A stretch of 64,000 nt of DNA from Candidatus Latescibacterota bacterium (GTDB lineage Bacteria; Latescibacterota; UBA2968; UBA8231), in contig CBDFJF010000001.1 of the NCBI GenBank assembly GCA_965248265.1, positions 1,728,001-1,792,000 of the forward strand, given 5' to 3'. The translations under genes and the position numbers were made by a program. Below are positions 37,593 to 47,609 of the stretch, piece after piece; positions within the stretch are counted from its first letter, which is position 1; each line of letters opens with the position of its first letter. The notes beneath the pieces were generated by a model. That model had not been told where the DNA came from, ran no database searches, and was given only the letters and a program-made list of their open reading frames with translations.

Positions 37593-38744
37593 GTGCCTAC
37601 TTCAAATTTACCTTCCTCTCCCAGTATTGAAAATCTCCGGAAACAAGCCAAGGGGCTTCTACGAGATCACAAGGCTGATAAAGCGGAAGCCCTGTCGCGA
37701 ATCAAGCAATCTCATCCAGATTTCTCGAAATCTGAATCCGCAGCACTTGACAGAGGGCAGTTCACACTTCAAGACGCACAGCTCGTCGTCGCCATCGAAT
37801 ACGGATTTCGCAATTGGCCAGAGCTTGCGCAGACCGCACAGGTCAGCGGTGAACGAATGGGACTCGTAAGAGACGCCATTGATGAGGACGACGACAGCAG
37901 CCTGAAGAGGTTGCTCGACGACGATCCGACTCTTGTTCAGGCAGAGTTCGCGTGGACGGATCGCAAGGATCGCTCCAGGTCAATTACGCCCTTCCGGTAC
38001 GCTCACATGCGCAACGCGCTCGGCTGCATGGAAGTCCTGAAGAGCGCCGGGGCGGATACGCGTTTTCTCGGCCACATGCTCTGGTGTAATGCCTACAACC
38101 TGAAGCTGACGCAGATCAGGAGATTTCTGTCACTTGGCGTTGATCCCAATCGATCTGGTGTGATGAGTGCTGCCATCGGATCCCATTGGGTCTTCGATGT
38201 TCGTCGACGCCACGAATGCATCAATACGCTCATTGAAGCTGGAGCCGTCTATGAGGATGGCCCCGTGATGGACATCCATCGAGGTCGCCTCGATGCGCTT
38301 GAAGACAGAATCAGCCGTGATCGGTCACTGCTTTCCAGCCATTTCGACTACAGGTCTGTAGACAACATGGTAACCGGAGTCACCTTACTCCACATCGCAG
38401 CGGCTCACAATGAAGTCAGGTGTGCGCAACTGCTTGTCGAGCTTGGTGCCGGTATCGATACAAAGGCCCGGATCCGTGAGGATGGCTCGGGCGGACAGAC
38501 ACCGCTCTATCACACCATCGGCTCACCTCGCGGCTCCTGCTACGATGTGTTCGAGTGCCTCCTCGAGATGGGGCCTGATCTGACTGTTCGCGCCAGCATC
38601 GATCATGATGGCGAGATTCGCCAACTCACACCGCTGGGTTACGCGCGTGCCCGGTTGGACTTCTATTCCAGGCACAAGCCAGTTACGCGACACTCATTGG
38701 CCCGCGAGATCGAAAAACTACGCCAACTTGGAGCACCGGAATGA
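37593..38744 (+). CDS. Ankyrin-repeat protein
   Basis: N-terminal LP..PSIENLRKQAK...AQLVVAIEYGFRNW domain; GVTLLHIAA, GQTPLY; AAGGAGG RBS. Confidence 0.85.
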   Translation: MPTSNLPSSPSIENLRKQAKGLLRDHKADKAEALSRIKQSHPDFSKSESAALDRGQFTLQDAQLVVAIEYGFRNWPELAQTAQVSGERMGLVRDAIDEDDDSSLKRLLDDDPTLVQAEFAWTDRKDRSRSITPFRYAHMRNALGCMEVLKSAGADTRFLGHMLWCNAYNLKLTQIRRFLSLGVDPNRSGVMSAAIGSHWVFDVRRRHECINTLIEAGAVYEDGPVMDIHRGRLDALEDRISRDRSLLSSHFDYRSVDNMVTGVTLLHIAAAHNEVRCAQLLVELGAGIDTKARIREDGSGGQTPLYHTIGSPRGSCYDVFECLLEMGPDLTVRASIDHDGEIRQLTPLGYARARLDFYSRHKPVTRHSLAREIEKLRQLGAPE

Positions 38745-39463
38745 ACCCCATCGACTCACCTCAGACGCTGTCTGGTTGGCCCATTCCGTGGCCGGCGTTC
38801 GAGATAGAATGGACACGTACGGCTCTCATCGTAGTCGATTATCAGAACTACAGTTCCAATCCGGATGTAGGACTGGTCAAGATGCTGGCTGAACAATTCC
38901 CCGAAATAGCCGGATACTACAAGCCTCGCCTGGCCGAGATAGCCATCCCCAACACCCGCCGCCTGATCGAAGCCTTTCGTGCAGCCGAAAGAGAGGTCAT
39001 CTACACCCGCCACGGAGCCCTGCTGCCAGATGGGCGGGACATGATTCTGCGCCGCCAGCGCCGGGACATCGACGCCATGGAAGCGACTGACCGGCCACAC
39101 CTGTGGTCTCGCGGCAGTTTCGAACATGATATCATCGAACCGTTGGCTCCGCTGGCCGGCGAGCTGGTCATCGACAAGAATGCCTCCAGCGCCTTCAATG
39201 GCAGTGCCATCGACCAGCTGTTGCGCAACATGGGCGTCGACACCCTGATCGTGACCGGAATGGCGACGGACATGTGTGTGGAGACGACGAGCCGCGATGC
39301 TGCTGACCGCGGCTACAACGTGGTACTGGTTGAAGACGCCACCGCCACCTTCGTCGAGGAGCATCATCAAGCTGCCCTGTCATCCCTCGCGCGAGTTTAT
39401 GGCCAGGTATGGGATACCCAGGGCGTGATATCAGCGCTCGAGGCGCGGGAGTCCTCTGTTTGA
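38741..39463 (+). CDS. Isochorismatase-family cysteine hydrolase
   Basis: TALIVVDYQN, K..SAF, GMATDMCVETTSRDAADRGY. Confidence 0.9.
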   Translation: MNPIDSPQTLSGWPIPWPAFEIEWTRTALIVVDYQNYSSNPDVGLVKMLAEQFPEIAGYYKPRLAEIAIPNTRRLIEAFRAAEREVIYTRHGALLPDGRDMILRRQRRDIDAMEATDRPHLWSRGSFEHDIIEPLAPLAGELVIDKNASSAFNGSAIDQLLRNMGVDTLIVTGMATDMCVETTSRDAADRGYNVVLVEDATATFVEEHHQAALSSLARVYGQVWDTQGVISALEARESSV

Positions 39464-40290
39464 CCAGATTCCATGATCAGCATTTGCATTCAAGGTTCTC
39501 CGGGGATTCGAAGGCCGATCCCAGGGCCAACTGCCTCCACGCCATCGATCAGGGACTCAGTGGACTCACCTTCACCGAGCACTACGACAGACACCCGACG
39601 GAGCGGGATTCATGCATATGGGATTATGCTGTCAACGCCGATTCCGTCTCGGCACTGCGTGAGGAATTCTCAGATCGTTTGACGGTAAATCTGGGTATCG
39701 AAGTCTGCTACCAACCCGACGCCATGCCCGAGATTCTCGACCATCTGCAGAGCAACCACTTCGATCTTGTCCTTCTCAGCATTCACTGGTGCGGCGGCCG
39801 GCCGCTGCACGTCAAGAAGGAATGGAGCGGAATCGACCACAGAGCAGCAACCCGGACCTATTTCGAGACCGCCCTCGAAGCCATGCAGTTTTGTTTGAAA
39901 TTGAAGAACACCGGCCAACGAGCTTTCGACGTACTCGGCCACATGGATCTGGTCAAGCGCTATGCCAGACGGTATTGGGATGCCTTCGACATTCACGAAT
40001 GCGAAGACCTCGTAGACGAGATCTGGCGCACAGTCATCGCAGCGGATATCCTTCCAGAGATCAACACCAGCACCCTGCGGGATCGCGTCGGTGAACCCAT
40101 GCCGGGCGAGTGGACGATTGGACGCTACGTGGAATCAGGGGGCAAGGTCATGAGCATTGGCAGCGACTCCCACAGAAGCGATCATATCGGGGCTGGGTTC
40201 GACACTGCCAAAGCAACACTACTGCGTGCAGGCATTGAGGCCGCGGCCGTTTTCACCAACCGCGAAATGGAGGTTATTCCTCTTGCTTAG
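39460..40290 (+). CDS. PHP-family histidinol-phosphatase (HisJ/HisK-like)
   Basis: DQHLHSRFS, FTEH, GIE, GHMD, EINTS, GSDSH; TTG start overlapping upstream stop. Confidence 0.85.
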   Translation: MTRFHDQHLHSRFSGDSKADPRANCLHAIDQGLSGLTFTEHYDRHPTERDSCIWDYAVNADSVSALREEFSDRLTVNLGIEVCYQPDAMPEILDHLQSNHFDLVLLSIHWCGGRPLHVKKEWSGIDHRAATRTYFETALEAMQFCLKLKNTGQRAFDVLGHMDLVKRYARRYWDAFDIHECEDLVDEIWRTVIAADILPEINTSTLRDRVGEPMPGEWTIGRYVESGGKVMSIGSDSHRSDHIGAGFDTAKATLLRAGIEAAAVFTNREMEVIPLA

Positions 40291-40652
40291 ATCGCAGTGT
40301 TTGACCGCTTCAGCAGTCTTGCTGGTCTACTTCGCTGCCGGTTGCTCAAGCGACAAGACCATCACCATCGCCGGGCCCGGCGATCCCGCGGTAACGATCG
40401 TCCCCGGTGACACGCTCCCGATCGACACCCACGGCAGCCGTGGAAAGCAGTGGTGACTACGAGCTGCCCGACGACGCCGTCCGGCTGAGTTGGCGCTGCA
40501 CTGGAAGTGCCTCGGTCGAGGTTCAATCAACGTCGGGCTCATCCAGCCAGACCTGCCTCGATTCACAGCAGAGTGTGACGGTCCAGAGTCCGGGATCAGT
40601 CACCGTTGAACTTGCGGAGAGTGCCTCTTTGGTGATTCTGGCAGCGAGCTGA
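40283..40652 (+). pseudogene. Small lipoprotein, apparently frameshifted
   Basis: Lipobox AAGC after hydrophobic signal; reading continues in another frame from about 40425 (AAVESSGDYEL...). Confidence 0.4.
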
Positions 40653-40674
40653 AAACACCTTACGGAGCAACCTC

Positions 40675-41019
40675 ATGCCCAGTGTTTCATTCCTGAAGGA
40701 GTTCGCCGACGCCTGGAACAGGCACGATCTCGACGCGCTGATGGAACACATGGCCGAGGACGGTGTGTTCATCTCATCAAGCGGTTCGAGGGTGGAGGGT
40801 CGCGAAGCCGTGTACGAGGCCTTCGCTTCCGTGTTTGAGGCCTTCCCCGATGCTCGCTGGGAATCCGGCACCCACTTCGTCAGCGGCAACCGCGGTCTAT
40901 CTGAGTGGATATTCTCGGGGACTGACGACGAGGATGGCGCAGTTGTAAAAGAAAAAGGCTGCGACGTTTTCACCTTCGAAAACGGCAAGATCCTGATCAA
41001 GGATACGTACTTGAAGTAA
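40675..41019 (+). CDS. SnoaL/NTF2-like protein
   Basis: FADAWNRHDLDALM, GCDVFTF.NGKI..KD. Confidence 0.85.
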   Translation: MPSVSFLKEFADAWNRHDLDALMEHMAEDGVFISSSGSRVEGREAVYEAFASVFEAFPDARWESGTHFVSGNRGLSEWIFSGTDDEDGAVVKEKGCDVFTFENGKILIKDTYLK

Positions 41020-41030
41020 CCCCAGGGCAC

Positions 41031-42164
41031 CTACTGCCAGAGCGGCTCCCCGTTTTCCATCTGCCTCTGCAGAAATTCCTGGTTGAGCTCCACTCCCAGG
41101 CCCGGTCTCTCTGACAGCACCACATGCCCCTGCTGAATTGCCGGCTCCTCTGAGACGATCACGTCATTCCAGGTCGGATCATCGTAACGGTGGAACTCCA
41201 GGGCCAGGAAGTTCGGCACACTGGCGCACACATGCGCGTCCCCTACCGTGCTCAGGGCGCTTGAGTTGTTGTGCGGGGCGAACGGGATGTAGTAGATCTC
41301 AGCCATGTTGGCGATCTTCCGGCACTCGGAGAGCCCTCCGCATTTGGAGATGTCCGGCATGATGATGTCGACGGCCTGCTCCTCCAGCAGATCGCGAAAG
41401 CCGTAGCGCAGATAAAGATTCTCACCCGCACAGATCGGCGTGCTCGTCGACTCGGTTATGCGCCCGAGGGCATCGACGTTTTCGGGTGGCACCGGCTCTT
41501 CCAACCACATCAGGTTCAGATCCTCGATGGCCTGGGCCACCTTGAGGCCGGCCGTGGCATCGTAGCGGCCGTGCAGGTCGATGGCCAGATCCATCTCGGG
41601 TCCCACGGCCTCGCGAATCTCGTGGGCCTGATCGACCATGATCTCCAGCTCACCCGGTGACACGGACCAGTTCCAGGGATCGAGTTTGTGAGGATTGCCG
41701 GCGTCGTCGAGATCGAACTTGATCGCGGTGAAGCCATCGGCACGCACCTGCTCTGCTCTCTTCGCCGTGTCCTCATGAGCGCTGTCGACATATAACCGCA
41801 CGCGGTCGCGGAACTTGCCTCCCAGCAGGCGGTACACCGGCACGCCCTGCGCCTTTCCGGCCAGATCCCAAAGCGCGATCTCCAGACCGGTCAATGCCGA
41901 TATACCCAGCCCCGAGAACCCACCGCGGAAGAGGTAGCTGCGGCGAATACCCTCGAAGCAGGCATCGACATCACGCGGATCCTTGCCGATGAGTTGAGGA
42001 ACCATGGAACGGGTAGTTCCCCTCCAACCGCCGTCCACGTGGCTGGCCTCGCCAGTTCCATAAACGCCTTCATCCGTATGAATACGCACGTAGTAGTATG
42101 TATAGTGTGGCACGCCATCGACCTTGACGCGGACCTCGGCGGTTTTGATGTCGGTGATTTTCAT
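41031..42164 (-). CDS. MR/MLE enolase family, galactonate dehydratase-like
   Basis: ALWDLAGK, KFD, DLHGRY, WLEEP, CAGEN, APHN. Confidence 0.9.
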   Translation of the reverse strand: MKITDIKTAEVRVKVDGVPHYTYYYVRIHTDEGVYGTGEASHVDGGWRGTTRSMVPQLIGKDPRDVDACFEGIRRSYLFRGGFSGLGISALTGLEIALWDLAGKAQGVPVYRLLGGKFRDRVRLYVDSAHEDTAKRAEQVRADGFTAIKFDLDDAGNPHKLDPWNWSVSPGELEIMVDQAHEIREAVGPEMDLAIDLHGRYDATAGLKVAQAIEDLNLMWLEEPVPPENVDALGRITESTSTPICAGENLYLRYGFRDLLEEQAVDIIMPDISKCGGLSECRKIANMAEIYYIPFAPHNNSSALSTVGDAHVCASVPNFLALEFHRYDDPTWNDVIVSEEPAIQQGHVVLSERPGLGVELNQEFLQRQMENGEPLWQ

Positions 42165-42252
42165 CCTGTCTCCTTTTGCTTGCGAAGGCCCTACATTATC
42201 CTACGACAACCATCCTCATCGCGTCAGCTCTCCGGGAGGAAGCACCTTCCCC

Positions 42253-42762
42253 ATGAATGAAAGTCTGGTAATGACGGTAATCGGCGATGACCGACCGGGG
42301 CTTGTCGAAGCACTAGCCCGCACGGTGTCAGCCCATGAAGGCAGCTGGCTCGAGAGTCGCATGGCGCGGCTCGGGGGCAAGTTCGCCGGCATTCTTCGCG
42401 TCACCGTTCCAGAGGACAAGGTCGACCCACTGCTGGAAACTCTGCGTGAGTTGGACGCCCAGGGCCTCCGGGTCACTTCGGAGCGCGGCACGGCCCCGGA
42501 GGAGCGATCGCAGCCAGTACGACTGGAGTTGATGGGAGCTGATCACCTCGGCATCGTCCGCGACATATCCGCTCTGCTCACCAGTCAGCACATCAACGTC
42601 GATGAGTTCACGACCGACTGCGAGCCCGCACCGATGTCTGGACAGCCGCTGTTCAAGGCAACGGCACTGCTGCACCTGCCCCCAGGAGTCTCCGAGGACG
42701 AGTTGCGCGCGAGCCTCGAAAATCTGGCCTCCGACCTGATGGTCGACATCAGTCTGGGCTGA
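42253..42762 (+). CDS. GcvR-like tandem ACT-domain protein
   Basis: GDDRPGLV..ESRMARLGG; GADHLGIV..APMSGQPLF. Confidence 0.85.
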   Translation: MNESLVMTVIGDDRPGLVEALARTVSAHEGSWLESRMARLGGKFAGILRVTVPEDKVDPLLETLRELDAQGLRVTSERGTAPEERSQPVRLELMGADHLGIVRDISALLTSQHINVDEFTTDCEPAPMSGQPLFKATALLHLPPGVSEDELRASLENLASDLMVDISLG

Positions 42763-42785
42763 GCCGTTTTCCGACGAGCCTGCAT

Positions 42786-43097
42786 TCACACTTCGTCCGG
42801 ATTCTCCCGCTCCTGCCGTCTCTTTTGTCGACTGCGCCGCCGCTTCTCAATCCGTTCGTGCCTCCGGGCTCCGCGGCCCTGCCGCTGCGGTTGCACCTTG
42901 ATATGCCCTTGCGGCTCGGGAACCGGATGGCCGTCCTCCGTCGCTTCATCGATCCAGTCAGCCACTGACTTGTCGACCGCCGCCAGGGCGGCTTCCTGAG
43001 TCGGCCCCTCGGCGATACAACTCGACAACTCCGGCACCTCGGCGACGAATACCTCGTCTTCCTCAACCCAGTAAATGACGACCTGATACCTGTGCAT
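42786..43097 (-). CDS. HicB-family antitoxin-like protein (orphan)
   Basis: YWVEEDEVFVAEVPELSSCIAEGPTQEAAL...PVPEP. Confidence 0.82.
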   Translation of the reverse strand: MHRYQVVIYWVEEDEVFVAEVPELSSCIAEGPTQEAALAAVDKSVADWIDEATEDGHPVPEPQGHIKVQPQRQGRGARRHERIEKRRRSRQKRRQERENPDEV

Positions 43098-43233
43098 GCG
43101 AATGCTCTTAGATCCTGGAGTGCGTTTCAGACGGCAATCTGCAAGCAGTACTGTATAGTGCCGGCGAGTGTTCCGTCAACTCCCACACACACCCTTGCCC
43201 ACCCGGCCTCGCCCCTCTAACTTCGCCGTCACG

Positions 43234-44034
43234 ATGGCCGAGCCCCTACCACTAAACGCCTTCACAACACTCGAAGAGCAGGCTGAAGCCCTCTTCCGTG
43301 ACGGCTACGTCTACCTGCCTGGCGTGCTCGATGCCGATCAGGTCTCACACCTGCGCGATCGCATGGACGCGCTCGACGCCATTCCGGAGTGTTTCGACAA
43401 GCACACCGATCCGGCCAAGCACGGTTTCCTGAACAAGTCCATCAACAACACCTTCAATCGGCACGTGCGTTTCCTGCAGTTCCTGGACTGGCCGGGGGTA
43501 ATCGAAATCGCTGAAGCCGTCCACGGGGAGGACTGCCACTGCATCGGCATGACTGCCTGGATGACCGGTGATGGACGCCCGGACCAGACCCTCCACGTGG
43601 ATTGGTTGCCGGTCAGCCTGCCGCAAGACGTCCTGGCCGACCCGCGCGTTCGTCTGCCGATTTTCATCACCACCGCACACTTCTACTTGGACGACCTGAC
43701 ACAGGAGCTTGGTCCGACCAATTTCGTCCCGGGCAGCCATCTTTCGGGTCAGGGGCCCGAACACGAAACCACCTGGCAGGGGCAGAGTGAGAAATCGATT
43801 CTGTGCAATGCCGGTGATGTCGTCATATTTCGCAGTGAAGTTTGGCATCGCGGAACCGCCAACACCAGCGGTCGCACCCGCTACCTGTTGCAGGTCCATT
43901 ACGCCAAGCGCATGATTACGCAGAAATATCCGCCCTACTTGAACCGCTTTCAGTTCGACCCGCATGTTCTCGAACAGGCGTCACCGCGGCAGCTACGCCT
44001 GATGGGCGACCACCGACGCAGCAACTACGACTAG
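43234..44034 (+). CDS. PhyH-family dioxygenase
   Basis: LHVD, LGPTNFVPGSH, VWHRG. Confidence 0.85.
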   Translation: MAEPLPLNAFTTLEEQAEALFRDGYVYLPGVLDADQVSHLRDRMDALDAIPECFDKHTDPAKHGFLNKSINNTFNRHVRFLQFLDWPGVIEIAEAVHGEDCHCIGMTAWMTGDGRPDQTLHVDWLPVSLPQDVLADPRVRLPIFITTAHFYLDDLTQELGPTNFVPGSHLSGQGPEHETTWQGQSEKSILCNAGDVVIFRSEVWHRGTANTSGRTRYLLQVHYAKRMITQKYPPYLNRFQFDPHVLEQASPRQLRLMGDHRRSNYD

Positions 44035-44043
44035 GACTTCACC

Positions 44044-44589
44044 GTGCCTGATCCCGCACAGATTCCGCATCTGCTGAGACTGATCGACGATGACTCGGAA
44101 CCCGTCCGCCTGGCCGTCGCCAGCGCGCTGGCAGCGTTTGGTCCCTCGTTGCCGGACGAGTTGGCCCGCCTCACCGAGCCACCCAGTGACGCTCAGATGC
44201 AGATGATCCAGGACCTGCTCGAAAATCATGGCAGGCAAAGCCACGGCGCCCAGGCTGTTGAAGAGAAGGATGCAACCGAACCGCGGTTCGAACCCGGTCA
44301 ACTGGTCGTGCATCGTCGTTATGGCTACCGCGGTGTAGTCGTCGCCTTCGACGTCACCTGTGAGGCGGAGGATGACTGGTACCTGACCAACCAGACCCAA
44401 CCTAGTCGTGACCAGCCCTGGTATCACGTCCTCGTCCACGACTCAGAGCAGATCACCTATGCCGCCCAGACCAGCCTCCAGGCTGACGACTCCGATCAGC
44501 AGATCAGTCACCCGCTGGTCGAGCACTTCTTCTCTTCCTTCAGCGACGGCCACTACTTCAGAAACGACGAGGCCTGGCCGCCAACCTGA
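44044..44589 (+). CDS. HspQ/YccV-domain protein with N-terminal helical extension
   Basis: GQLVVHRRYGYRGVV, QPWYHVLV, TYAAQ, HPLVEHFF. Confidence 0.85.
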   Translation: MPDPAQIPHLLRLIDDDSEPVRLAVASALAAFGPSLPDELARLTEPPSDAQMQMIQDLLENHGRQSHGAQAVEEKDATEPRFEPGQLVVHRRYGYRGVVVAFDVTCEAEDDWYLTNQTQPSRDQPWYHVLVHDSEQITYAAQTSLQADDSDQQISHPLVEHFFSSFSDGHYFRNDEAWPPT

Positions 44590-44647
44590 AGTCATCGGGG
44601 AACGGGATCCTGGCCTGGAAGTCCAGGAATTCAGAGAGGAATGGATC

Positions 44648-45196
44648 ATGAGAGGAGCATCTCCGAGAGTAGCCCCCTCGGTGTTGGTGCTGAGTCTGGC
44701 GCTCTCGGGAGCGGTGCCCTCCGGCGCCGGTGAGGCGCTTCAGTTCGTACTGCCCGATATCGATGGCCGGGAATTCTCACTGAAGAAGGAGGTGGGCGCC
44801 GGACCTCTGGTCCTCGATTTTTGGGCTACCTGGTGCAAACCCTGTATCAAGGAACTGCCCGTATTGCAGGAAATCTCCACCGATTACGAGAAGCGAGGCG
44901 TCAGGGTCGTCACCATCAATATTGACGGACCACACAACCAGGCCAAGATTCGACCCTTCATGCATCGTCACCGCTTGCAGCTACCCGTACTCCTCGACAA
45001 GACAGGTAGTGTCATCAAGCAGTTTCAGTTGATATCGGTCCCTTCTACCGTGATCATCTCTTCCGCTGGCGAGGTGGTGTACAAACACTCGGGATATAAA
45101 CCTGGCGATGAGAAGGTATTGCGAAGCAAATTGGATGAATTGCTCGACCACGGTGCACCAATTAACACGAACCAGGAAGTCGAGGCTGGTTCGTGA
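44648..45196 (+). CDS. TlpA-family disulfide reductase (exported)
   Basis: Signal peptide; DFWATWCKPC; VP cis-Pro loop. Confidence 0.92.
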   Translation: MRGASPRVAPSVLVLSLALSGAVPSGAGEALQFVLPDIDGREFSLKKEVGAGPLVLDFWATWCKPCIKELPVLQEISTDYEKRGVRVVTINIDGPHNQAKIRPFMHRHRLQLPVLLDKTGSVIKQFQLISVPSTVIISSAGEVVYKHSGYKPGDEKVLRSKLDELLDHGAPINTNQEVEAGS

Positions 45197-45215
45197 CCTA
45201 TTTCGGAGGCATCCC

Positions 45216-45899
45216 GTGCACTACTGGTCGCTGGCCGTTGCGGCCGCTTGCTCGATAACTCTCGCGACATCACCTTGCGCTGCAATCCCGCAGCTGGGTG
45301 AGCAGGCCCCGGACTTTACCCTGGAACAGTTGGATGGTGGATCGGTCTCGCTGAGCGACTTCGACAGCAAGGTCATCTTCATCAACTTCTTCGGTTACAT
45401 CTGAAGCCAGTGTCTCGCGGAGGCCGCGAATATCGAGCAGATCTGGCAGGATTACCGCGAAAACGAGGATTTTGTCACCATCGGAGTGGACGCGTGGGAC
45501 GGGGCCGCCAATCAGGTAGAAAACCTCTTTCGCGTCCGCACCGGCACGACCTATCCCCTGTTGCTCATGGGCAGACAGGTGGCTCGAGGTTACGGCTTCG
45601 ACCGCCACAATTACGCCGTCGTCGATCACGATCGAGTGCTCCGATATCGATCGACGGGCTCTATCAGCTCACGCTTCGATCCGGACGCCATTCGCGGTGC
45701 CATCGACCTGGCTCTGGCCGCTTTGCCTGGGGCCATGGCCTCTCCTGACTTCGACGGCGACGGCCACGTCAGCTTCACCGATTTCTTCCTCTTCATCGAT
45801 GCCTATGGCACGACCGACCCTCGTTTCGACATGAATGGCAGTGGGGGAGCGGTTGATGCCGAAGATTTCTTCCTCTTTGCCGATCAGTTCGGACGTTAG
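45216..45899 (+). CDS. Probable selenoprotein: AhpC/TSA-TlpA redoxin (UxxC) with C-terminal dockerin/EF-hand-like repeat
   Basis: GGAGG RBS and GTG; APDFTL...VIFINFFGYI-UGA(45402-45404)-SQC, frame stays open to 45899. Confidence 0.82.
45415..45429 (+). promoter_or_regulatory. Candidate bacterial SECIS hairpin
   Basis: TCGCGG-AGG-CCGCGA stem-loop with 10 nt between the UGA and the stem; G-containing loop. Confidence 0.55.
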
Positions 45900-45906
45900 T
45901 CAGCGA

Positions 45907-47469
45907 ATGAGATTGCGCCGAAGTTTCCGCCGGGCACGGCCTGTGGTTGCCCTATCGGTGCTGTTGGCCACTCCACCCACCGACGCGCAGGAGCACCTGC
46001 ACCTGACGGCGCTGACCGAGGTGCAGGTGGGCAACCTGCCGGATCGAGCACCACGGGATCTGCGCACCATCTACCAGCAGTTGAATCTCGACTATACGGC
46101 ATCCGGATTTCAGGCAGGTCTGCGCAGCGAGAACTTTGGCACTGACACCTCGGGGCGTGACTACAACCATCTGGCGCAGCGTTTCGTCCGCTACAACCAA
46201 GGCAACCTGCAGGTCACGGCCGGTCATTTCTTCTCAATTCTCGGCAACGGCCTGCTCATGCACGCCTTCGAGCTGCCCTCCGTGATCACGGAGGACCGGG
46301 GCTGGCGCCGGCGTTACCAGCTGACCCGTGACCTGGATGGTCTACAGATCGGTTACAGGTGGAACAGCACCGAAGTCACCCTGCTGCGAGGCACCCCAGT
46401 CAACAGCGCCCTCCCTCCCGGTGACCTGGGTGGACCTGAGCGTCGCGACGGTACCCTCCAGGGGGGCTCGATCGAGATCCATCCGGTCGATTACTTCAGC
46501 GGCGGCATCGGATTGCTGCAAATCAAGGCAGCCGATGGGGACAAGCTGGGCGCCACCCTTCACGGACGCTGGCGACTGGCTCCTCTGATACAGCGCCTGG
46601 GCCTGGCAGATGTGTACGCCGATCTCTATGGCGAGTACGCCCAGCGCGATTTCGAGGCTGGACGCTGGTTCTCCCTGGATCGCGATTTTCCTCGCGCCCT
46701 ATACCTTTCCAGCACCGTCACGGCCGGTCCCTGGGGATTGAGTCTGGAGTACAAGGATTATTGGGACTTCCTGATCGCGGAGGTCAACAATCCCCCCACC
46801 TTGATCAGGGAACACGAGGCTTTCCTCCTCAACCGCGATACCCATGTACTGCTGGCTGACGACGAGTCCGGAATCCAGGCTGAATTGAGCTACTACTTCA
46901 CGATCGGTCAGGCCCTGACAGCCAACTTCACCAGAGCCGAGCGCCGACAGGGACCAGGGGCGGACGACAACATGGACCTGCAGACGCTCTTTTTACAGGC
47001 GGACTCTCCGCTCGGAGAAAACCTGAGTGGCCAGCTGTGGGCCGATTTCAGCCGCGACCACATTTTTGCCCACGACAACCGCAAATCCGTCGGCACGGTC
47101 GTGGACTGGCAGATCGACGGTACTTATAGCCTCAACACGGACCTCCAGTTCCAGACTGTCGACCGCTCATTCGGCGATCTGGTTTTTCCTTACAAGAACC
47201 TCTACCTGGGATTGGAACTGCACCGGTCCCCAGGTCTATCCGGAGCCCTCCTCGTGCAGCGCTCCACCGATACCCTCGAGACCGGGGCCTCCGAAACGGG
47301 TCCAACCTACTGGTACGGTGGCAGCATCGGCTGGCAGGTCCGCGAAGGCCACAGCCTCAACCTCTTTGGCGGCAAGCGCCGCACCGGGTTGGCCTGCACC
47401 GCCGGCACCTGCTACGAGCTGCTCGGCTTCGAGGGGGTGGAGGTTCGCCTGATCAACCAGTTCCTGTAG
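45907..47469 (+). CDS. Outer-membrane beta-barrel protein, DUF6029-like
   Basis: Signal peptide, GHFFSILGNGL, YKDY, NNPPTL, C-terminal GLACTAGTC..GVEVRL...L. Confidence 0.7.
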   Translation: MRLRRSFRRARPVVALSVLLATPPTDAQEHLHLTALTEVQVGNLPDRAPRDLRTIYQQLNLDYTASGFQAGLRSENFGTDTSGRDYNHLAQRFVRYNQGNLQVTAGHFFSILGNGLLMHAFELPSVITEDRGWRRRYQLTRDLDGLQIGYRWNSTEVTLLRGTPVNSALPPGDLGGPERRDGTLQGGSIEIHPVDYFSGGIGLLQIKAADGDKLGATLHGRWRLAPLIQRLGLADVYADLYGEYAQRDFEAGRWFSLDRDFPRALYLSSTVTAGPWGLSLEYKDYWDFLIAEVNNPPTLIREHEAFLLNRDTHVLLADDESGIQAELSYYFTIGQALTANFTRAERRQGPGADDNMDLQTLFLQADSPLGENLSGQLWADFSRDHIFAHDNRKSVGTVVDWQIDGTYSLNTDLQFQTVDRSFGDLVFPYKNLYLGLELHRSPGLSGALLVQRSTDTLETGASETGPTYWYGGSIGWQVREGHSLNLFGGKRRTGLACTAGTCYELLGFEGVEVRLINQFL

Positions 47470-47609
47470 ATTTTAGTCGCCCGCCCGGAACAGGCTGGCC
47501 CTACCACGGATAGTTTTCCGATATTTGGTATTGTGGTGTGCGGCAAGGATTACGACCTTTTTTGCCGCACCATTTCGCCATCCCATTTCATCTCTGGACC
47601 AATTGCAGC

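Noticed and set aside
45402-45404. TGA as a simple nonsense mutation or a genome-wide code change
   Set aside because: It falls exactly on the catalytic Cys position with a downstream hairpin, and many other genes here end normally in TGA.
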